Source of the DNA: Eledone cirrhosa
Taxonomy: Eukaryota
Reading direction: 5' to 3'
DNA: 64,000 nt
Assembly (NCBI GenBank): GCA_964016885.1
Contig: OZ024744.1
Location: forward strand, 53,072,001-53,136,000
In this document: piece by piece, positions 55,930-64,000 of the stretch
Position numbering within the stretch: the first letter of the stretch is position 1
How the letters are laid out: every line of letters starts with the position of its first letter
The notes under the pieces: model-generated
Told to the model about the DNA's origin: nothing
The model's input: only the letters and a program-made list of their open reading frames with translations
Database searches by the model: none
Program-made: the position numbers and the translations under genes

Positions 55930-58900
55930 TGTTCGTCTACAGCGTGGTGATAATGCCACACAAGAGCCAAGTGGAGTGGCGCAACCACCGGAGACGGTGA
56001 ATCCACAGATGACTATGTAACCATACATTCGCCAATCCTCGATAAGAGTGTTTAAATATCGAACCTAAACAGTTCGAATAACGGTGAAATGGAGACTAGA
56101 ACGTCATGTGACAGACTCTCACCCAACAGGTGCTCCCTGGCTCAGCAGCAGGAACCTGACTGTCAACCAAATACTGCTGGTGTTGGAGGAAGAAGAAGAA
56201 GGAAAGGGGCCAGAACCAACTGGACGAAAGAATTGAATAGAACTGTTATGCAATGCTACCTGAAAAGTAACCCCAAGGAGAGGGGCTATAGGAGATGGAT
56301 GCATAACATCTGGAACGAGATTGGTCTATTTAAATTAGATGAACAAAAATTGGCCGGGCAGGCTCGGGTAATAAGAACTAATGGGTGGATAAGCGAGCTG
56401 GAACTGGAGGAACTGAGCAGAGAGAATAGCTTGGAGATGGAGGGTGTAGTATGCCAGACAAACGAGCCAGTGGGAAATGAAGGTGAAGAGGTCGAGATAA
56501 CGGAGGAACCATCCGAAGCATACAATGATCTGAATACTGAGATAAATAATACCTGGAACAGAGATACGGCCACTGAGGAGATGAATGCTGACGGGCTAGG
56601 ACAAGATTCGGTTGACATCCTAAATTTAGTGGTAGATGAATTGAACAATGATAGTGGGAGACCTATGAACCTAAGAGTTGTAGACAGGAAAAAGTTAAAA
56701 GAAACAACAGCTAAGGTAAACAAAGTCATCCCATACCTTGAGGCGAGGAGCCTTCACCAGTGCAACAATATCCTCAAAGCAACACCAAATACGGTGAAGA
56801 AACTAGTTGGTATAAAAGCGAGAGGAAACAACAGACAAGAAAGAGCAGAGCCTTGGTGGAAGAAACGACTGAGTGGTCAAATCAAGGAAATGAGAAATGT
56901 CATAGGAAAGCTTGAGTGACTACTGATTGGGATACTAAAAAACATAGGCACTAAAAATAGACTGGAAATAGAGTACAAAACTAGGAGGAAAAAGCTAAAT
57001 ATTATCATAGAGGAACTGAAGCAACGCATTGTAGCAAAGAGTGCAAAAATCAGGCGATACGAGAACAGAGTCAGTATAAACAGAACCGCATGTTTGACAA
57101 CAACCAGAAGATGCTGTTTGGACAGCTTGAGGGGAAAGAAAGAGGCAACGACTTGATCCCTGAGGCGGAACAAACTAAAACATTCTGGAGAGGAATATGG
57201 GAGCAGGATGTTAGACATAATGACCAGGCAGGGTGGATTGAGACAGTTCAGAGGGAGATCGGTGAGCAGGCACACCAACAAACTGATTTGAGTATCACAG
57301 TTGAAACTCTTAAGGGGCAGGCCAAAAAACTAACCAACTGGAAATCACCAGGCCCAGATGGTGTGCAGGGGTATTGGATTAAAAATTTAACATCCCTCCA
57401 CCAGAAACTGACAGCCTTGTTCAATGACTGCTTGGTGTCGGGTGAGGTGCCAGAGTGGTTGACAAAAGGTACCACAGTTCTGATAATGAAAGACCGAATC
57501 AAGGGTAATGATGTTACCAACTATAGACCTATCACATGTCTGTCCGTAATGTGGAAACTGTTGACGAGCATTGTGTCTGAGGAAATCTACCATCACCTCC
57601 ATACAAACAACTTGTTACCGGACGAACAGAAAGGATGGCGAAAGAAGTCACGTGGTACAAAGGACCAGTTACTTATTGATAAGACGGTAATGGGGAATTG
57701 CAGGAGGAGACACACTGATCTTGCCATGGGATGGATAGACTACAGAAAGGCATTTGACATGGTGCCTCATTCTTGGATCACCAAAAGCCTGGAGATCTTC
57801 AAGGTGGCAGATAACATCAGACATTTGCTGGGCAGGAGTATGGGGTCCTGGGAGACAGAGTTGACATCAACTGGAGAATCCTTGGGAAGCGTGAAGATCA
57901 AGAGAGGTATCTTCCAGGGAGATAGCCTGTCCCCTCTGTTGGTTGTCCTTGCCCTGATGCCCTTGACCATTATGCTGCGAAAAGTGAGAGTAGGATACAA
58001 GTTGGGAAAGGGAGAGCTTACCATCAGTCACCTCCTCTTCATGGACGATCTTAAGCTCTTCGGGAAGAGTGGGAAGGAGTTGGATGTGCTTGTTGACACT
58101 GTCCGTATTTTCAGCAGTGATATATGTATGCAGTTTGGTCTTAGTAAGTGTGGGGTCATTGTGATGAGGAGGGGTAGGTTGAGCAGAAGTAACGGAATCC
58201 AGATACCAACAGGTGAGATGATAAAGGAAATTGACTCTGAGGAAGGATACAAGTATTTGGGCGTTCTTGAGGCTGATGGCATAAAGAACAAAAAAATGAA
58301 GGAATTGTTAAGAACTGAATACATTCGGAGAGTAAGGAGCGTATTGAAGTCACATCTGAACAGCAGAAATGCCATAAGCGCAGTAAATTCCCGAGCTGTG
58401 TCTATTATTAGGTACAGTGCGGGAATTCTAAGATGGAATGTTGCTGAACAAAAAGAAATGGATAGGAAGACTAGGAAGCTACTGACTATCTATAACATGT
58501 TCCACAAGAGGAGTGATGTCGATAGACTCTACCTAAGGAGATCTGAGGGTGGAAGAGGTCTTATCAGCATAGAGCACTGTGTTCAGATGGAGACAAACAC
58601 CATACACAAATACGTGACTGATAGTAAGGAGCCAATGCTTAGAACTGTACTGAAGGAGGGGACAATAGGCAAGGGGATGTCCAAGGAGGAAATAACATCA
58701 AGGAGAAAAAGCAGCCTTCAGGGAAAATCCCTTCATAGTACCTTCTTTGAGAAAACTGAATTTAGAGATCCACAGACATGGAACTGGTTGAGAGGAGGAG
58801 ACCTCAAAAAGGCTACAGAAGGAATGTTAATGGCTGCGCAGGAGCAATCCCTCAAAACGAAGTGGTTGAAACACCATATTTACAAGGAGGAGGCTAGCCC

Positions 58901-59517
58901 ACTGTGCAGGATCTGTGGAGAGAGAGAGGAGACTGTGGCTCACGTTGTATCCGAGTGTAAACACCTAGCTCAGACCCACTATAAGGGCTGGAGACATGAT
59001 GTGATGGGCAGGGTGATCCACTGGCACCTGTGCAAAGTAAACAAAGTAAACAATGATGGAGAACAGTCAGGTGAAGGCGCTGTGGGATTTTAGGATACAG
59101 ACGGACAAAAAACTGGAACACAATAGACCTGACCTGGTGGTTGTGGACAAAGAAAAAAGATCGTGTCTGATTGTGGATGTGGCCTGCCCATTCGACACGA
59201 GAGTGCAAGAGAAGGAGAGGGAGAAAATTAACCGATACCAGGACTTAAAGTGGGGGGTAAAAAGGATTTGGAAATGCGATGAAGTCAAAGTGATCCCGAT
59301 TGTCATAGGCGCACTGGGGACAATCTCCAAAAGTTTCCAGGGATGGTTAAAGAAAATCGGCCCCTTCACGCTTTTTGGAACGCTTCAAAAGGCATTCTTG
59401 CTGGGAACAGCAAGAACCCTCCGATACGTCCTGAATATCTGAGGCTGCAGGTAGTGGCTTGATATTCATTCCAACGGACTTTCCAGTTAACCAACATCAA
59501 TGACTGAGATTCAAGGA
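55930..59517 (+). mobile_element. Near full-length R4/Dong-like non-LTR retrotransposon (RT plus restriction-like endonuclease); 5' boundary approximate
   Basis: Single long ORF with N-terminal WTKELN..CY, PWWKKRL, KSPGPDG, RPITCL, IDYRKAFD, GIFQGDSLSP, LFMDD, CCHC and PD..D endonuclease. The 3' end runs into (TAA)n. Confidence 0.92.
56089..59442 (+). pseudogene. R4/Dong-like RT-RLE ORF with one stop (56917) and two frameshifts (about 57075 and 59045)
   Basis: ORFs 56089..56919, 57090..59093 and 59053..59442. The lesion near 59045 is a 9-bp duplication plus a deletion relative to 53500-53575. Confidence 0.9.
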
Positions 59518-59529
59518 ATAATAATGGTG

Positions 59530-59583
<54 letters not shown>

Positions 59584-59825
59584 TTTTCTTTATTAACCAC
59601 AAGGGTTCACATAAAGTAGACATTAAGGACAGTACAGGACAATACAGGACGGTACAAATGGGCATTTCTGCGTGTAAAAAAACAGAGGTTGAAATAAAAT
59701 AACAAAGAAAAATTCCCCAATAGGGGGGAGACTTCCAAGGGACATTTGTGGAGAAAGCCCAGTAAAAAGCCACAATGACCCTGACCACCAAGGCAAGTGC
59801 CCTCTCCCAGTTTTCCACCTTTAAT

Positions 59826-62800
59826 TTACAGATATATACTCAGAGTAGGCCCATTCACTCGGGCCATTCTTGCTTCTCTCACCCATCTTTCATCAAAATG
59901 CTGGGAAGAGAGCACTTCCCTCTCTACTCTGATTTTCCTTTTCAAATGAAATTTGAAAAAGTCAATCAGAGCATCACCGAAGAGGTAAGTGCTCGTCTTC
60001 AGCCCTTTCAAACGTGTCCACCATACTATCTCTTTCGCCATGGCCACCAGACAGATAAAAACTGCCTACCCTTCCCGGCTAAAGGAAGGGGGCGGGGCAA
60101 TCCTCACGATGGACTCAGCTGATAGCTGGATCCGTCCTAAACGCGACAGCAGGTGTTCGAGATAAACCCACAAGTCAGCAATTTTCGGACACTGGACGAG
60201 TGCGTGCAGGACGGTTTCGTCGCCCTGCGCGCATCTCGGACATGCCCGGCTGACGGCACCTCCATGCCTGTAGAGTTTATCCCGAACTGGCAAGGATCCT
60301 CGGTAGCACTGCCAGGCCAGAGATTTCTGGAAGTTGTCCATAGGCCCCGGCCCGAAAGTTCTTCCGAAGAGATTGGCTAGTTGATTTTCGTCGACGCCTA
60401 GAGTTTCCCCAAGTACGTCGTCGCTCTTACCCTCCACTAATCCCCTATAGAACGCCTGCGCATCATCAGCCACGGCATGCCCAGCCCTCCACGTAGCGGG
60501 TGTTGACAACAGATGGACCGCCTGACCATTGGAGCACGTCCCTTCCACAAAAAGCGAAAGAGCAAACGCTCCAGCGCAGTCAGGCGAGGCTTAGGACAAG
60601 GTACGACGGTCAGGCGGTAGCAGATGACAGACGCGATGTACGCGTTAGCCACCTCCGCTCGACCTTTCAGGGATAGCTTCCTCTCCGCCCATTTCTGGGT
60701 GAGAGAAGCCACCCTGCTCGCCACCTCGTCCCAGTTTTTGTCCGTCTGGAGGTCCGGACCGAACCAGACCCCTAGCAATTTAACCGTCCGTCCGTCCAGC
60801 GTCCGACGACGCTGTTGGACGGCATGGACCTGCCTCTCCAGGTGCCGAGCTGCAGGCCCACTGACTTTTCCTGGTTGATCATTGCTCCTGTCACCGCTTC
60901 GTATTCTCTTAGTGTAGTGCCGATCGCCTCGATGTGTTTGGCGTTCGACACCACTACGGTGACATCGTCCGCATATGCTGACACGGATCTTCCGCATCCT
61001 AGTTCGCGCGGGACTCCCCTCAACGTCTCCAGTTTGTGCAGTAATGGCTCGAGAGTCAATACGTACAAGAGGGACGAGAGGGGACATCCTTGGCGGACCG
61101 AGCGCATGATGTTGAACGGTTCCGACAGGTGACCGTTCACTCTCACCACAGAGCAGATGTCGCTGTGCATGGCAGCGATCCAGCCTCTGAAGACGGGCCC
61201 AAAGCCAGCCGCCCTCAGGACTGCCGCTAGGTAACGATGGTCGACCCTATCGAAAGCTTTCGACTGATCTAAATTGATCAAGGACCCACCCGTGCCAGGT
61301 TACCTAGCTACCCTCTCTACGATGTATCGCATGAGGTGGAGGTTGTCGTGGATGGATCTGTCGGGAATGGCGCATGTCTGCGCCTCTCCCACCAGACCAC
61401 CAACGACAAGCGCCAACCTCTTTGCTAGCACCTTGGCCAAAATCTTAAACTCTGTGTTTAGCAGAGTTATGGGCCGGAAATTTTCTATGTTATCCCCCTT
61501 GTTCGGATCCTTTCTCAGCAGTGCCACCGCTCCTCGGCTCACAGAACTGGGAATTCTACCGTTCTGTTGCCAGTTGTAGTAGACGTCCGCCAAGAGGCCT
61601 CCGAACAAGTCTGGCATCTGTACGTAAAGTTCATAGGGCAGACCATCCAAACCAGGCGATTTACCCCTTGTGCAGCCAGTCATTGCCTCCCTTACTTCAG
61701 CGGCTGTTATCGGCTTTTCGCAACACTTCGCCTCAGTGGCCGAGAGCCGCGGCAGTCCGTCGAGGTAGACACTAAAGTCCATCCCTCTACCCGGCCCACC
61801 GCTGCCCCCGAACAGCTGAGCGAAGTGTCGCTGAAAAGCTTCACACATTTGCCCGGGATCGAGTAGCATGCGCCCGTCCCCTCGTGTCTGAGAGCACGCA
61901 CCCTTGTTCTGACAACGCAGCCTTCGTGCTTTGCATTGAAGAATTGGTCAAGGGCCAATTTCGCCGCAAGCACGTCGGTCGCAATGCCTTTGCTAAGCGC
62001 CTCGTCTAATTTTCTAACTAGTTCTCCCTCTGCTCTATTTTTCTCTATTGCTAAAGCCTCACTAAACCTAATCGATTCTATTCTAATCGCTCTTTTCAGA
62101 GCAAACCACCACTTGTTGTTGACGATGGCCCCCGTCAACGCCCGCTTAACTAGTTCGCTAATCCGGTCTCTGTAGGCCTTGCGCGCTGGTAAGGACGCGT
62201 TTAGCTTCCAGTAGCCGGGTCCTCGTCTATGAAGCCTATCTAAGTCAAGCACACAGATCACGAATTTGTGGTCCGTGTAGCTGACTATCTTGAATTGTGG
62301 ACAGCCTATGCTAGACCTATATATTTCCCGACAAAATACTCTATCTAGATATGATCTGGATGACCCTATGCAATTTGTCCAAGTCCACATTGGCACATTC
62401 GGAAAATCCAATCGGTACCTGTCAGACAGTTCAAAACGCCTGAGCAGGTTGGTGAGGCTCTTGCACCCTCCACCCCTATCCGCTAATCCCACACAGTCCC
62501 AGCGTGCATCTAAGATCCCATTCCAGTCGCCCACTAACACTAAAGAGAGGGACGTTCCAAGAAAGGTCTCCAGACGCCGGAAGAAATCAGGCCGCCCTGC
62601 TCCTGTCGGGGCATAGACGGCCACTAGCCTGAAAGCTTGCCCGTCTCCGCTGGTCACGTCCAGCACCCCCAGCTTACCCTCTGGGTCCAGGAAGATGGGC
62701 CGTATGGCGAGATCCAAACCTCTCCGAAAAAGCACAGCAACTCCTCCACCCGATCCAGGACGGCTGGGAGATGCGTACACATCGTAGCCGCCGAAGATCG

Positions 62801-62948
62801 GTGCGAAGGCCCGTGCTTCGGAGATTCTGGTCTCGCTGATGGCCACTACATCTATGTTTAGTGACCTGAGGTCGTTGAGCAGGTGACCCTGCTTCCATGA
62901 CGACCCCAAGCCACGCGCATTTATGCTGCCTATTCTGAGTGAGGTCAT
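59826..62948 (-). pseudogene. ORF2 (APE endonuclease plus RT), with frameshifts and internal deletions
   Basis: SINARGL, AISET, VYAP, GDWN, YLDR, TDH; KSPGLDG, FRPITLLN, LDQSKAFDRV, VRQGCPLS, AYADD; CPRC..ETVLHALVQC. Confidence 0.92.
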
Positions 62949-63043
62949 GTTTAAAATAGAGTGGAAAAGATGGGAAAGACCACTTACCGTACTTTTGGTA
63001 GAGGAGGGATGGTTTTTACATCCCTTTTCACTTGATCGTCTGG

Positions 63044-64000
63044 TTAAGGGACCGTTGAATCGTCCCTTCGGCTGGTCGTCGGCTCTTCTAAGAGAATGTC
63101 TGAATATACTCTTCGATTGATGGTTCCTCCTAGGTCCCTGAAATCACCAACTGCGTTGGGGAATTTCGTTTTAATGTTTGTGTATTGTTTCTGTGCTATT
63201 TTTAGCAGTCTTATGTTAGTTGGCATTTTGATTGGTGCTGGTATTATGTAGTCCTGTTGTGAAATGTCTGTGTGTTCAATTATGTAAGTCATTAGTTTCT
63301 TGTTGTGTGTATTTATTGCCGTGCATTTGTTTTTCTGGGGGTGGGGTGTGGTTCTGCTATTTTCTTGTCGTTGTTGCTGGGTGTGTGTGTTTTGTTGTTG
63401 TGTTTGCGATGTTGGTGCTTGCGGTGGTGGTGTTGAAGGTGTTGTTGGCGGTGGGGTTGTCGCCGGTGGTGATGGTGGTGCTAGTGTGGGTGGTGATGGT
63501 GTTGGTGTTGTTGCTGCTGTGGGTCTATTTGCAGTAGACTTTACCCTTTTCTCATTTCTTTCCTCCCTTTTCAAAGGGGACGATGCGCTGCTTCTGCGTT
63601 TGTGCCTTCTTACGACCTTTTGCCATCCCTCTCCCACCTCACACTCCATGTCTGATTCTGTGAGGTCGGGGAGGGGTACCAGCTCCACTCTTTCACTTGT
63701 TGTTGTTGGTGATGTTTGCACTGGAGTCTCTGTTGCAGCTGCATTTGGTATTGCTGTTGTTGTTGTTAATATATCCACTGCTGCTGCTGTTTTTGATTTC
63801 CGTGGAGTGGGTATGGGTGCCACGGACCTATCGTTCCTGGTTGCCGCTTGTCCTGTTGCTGGTAGCCGTGGAGCCGGATTCGGAAGGAGGGGGGTTTTCT
63901 CCTTTCTCAGGGTCTTCTCGTTGCAGAAGGCCCTGAGGTGAGTCTTCGATCCACAGCGAAAGCATTTCGGGCGTTTGCCCTCAACACTTATGGGCAGTTG
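63044..64000 (-). CDS. Partial ORF1 (gag-like) of Tx1-like copy 2, open at the window edge
   Basis: Manual translation SVEGKRPKCFRCGSKTHLRAFC (intact CX2CX4HX4C) upstream of ORF 63044..63823 (Pro/Thr-rich, EGWQKVVRR). Confidence 0.75.
   Translation of the reverse strand, partial: QLPISVEGKRPKCFRCGSKTHLRAFCNEKTLRKEKTPLLPNPAPRLPATGQAATRNDRSVAPIPTPRKSKTAAAVDILTTTTAIPNAAATETPVQTSPTTTSERVELVPLPDLTESDMECEVGEGWQKVVRRHKRRSSASSPLKREERNEKRVKSTANRPTAATTPTPSPPTLAPPSPPATTPPPTTPSTPPPQAPTSQTQQQNTHTQQQRQENSRTTPHPQKNKCTAINTHNKKLMTYIIEHTDISQQDYIIPAPIKMPTNIRLLKIAQKQYTNIKTKFPNAVGDFRDLGGTINRRVYSDILLEEPTTSRRDDSTVP

Larger units (their letters stand above)
59583..64000 (-). mobile_element. L1/Tx1-like retrotransposon, copy 2 (5' end outside the window), 3' end at (TAA)n
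   Basis: 3' UTR and ORF2 are highly similar to copy 1; AATAAA followed by (ATT)n. Confidence 0.92.

Noticed and set aside
55940-56060. Twister or HDV ribozyme call in the R4 leader (TAA..CACAAG..GAGTG; TCCTCG)
   Set aside because: The twister P4 and HDV P3 pairings could not be formed; kept only as an unassigned structured leader.
51112-63941. Plus-strand Val/Gly-rich ORFs and other antisense ORFs over the retroelements
   Set aside because: They are shadow frames of Pro/Thr-rich ORF1 and RT sequences.

Overview
Eukaryotic, gene-free, repeat-dominated window. The SINE types and the TA/TAA/GT microsatellite load suggest a mollusc, probably an octopus; this is an inference. Bases 1-29482 are one homogeneous 73-bp satellite array (403 full monomers plus a truncated one) with irregular higher-order structure, and it ends abruptly inside a Penelope-like (PLE) reverse transcriptase remnant. 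29.5-48.6 kb holds several decayed PLE families, fold-back elements next to (TA)n runs (some with hammerhead-ribozyme cores), two inverted non-autonomous Helitrons, tRNA-derived SINEs and a decayed Chapaev3-like DNA transposon. 48.7-64 kb is a stack of non-LTR retrotransposons joined mostly at (TAA)n runs: two L1/Tx1-like elements on the minus strand and three R4/Dong-like RLE elements on the plus strand. No intact host gene, rRNA, tRNA or CRISPR array was found. All alignments and translations were done by eye.
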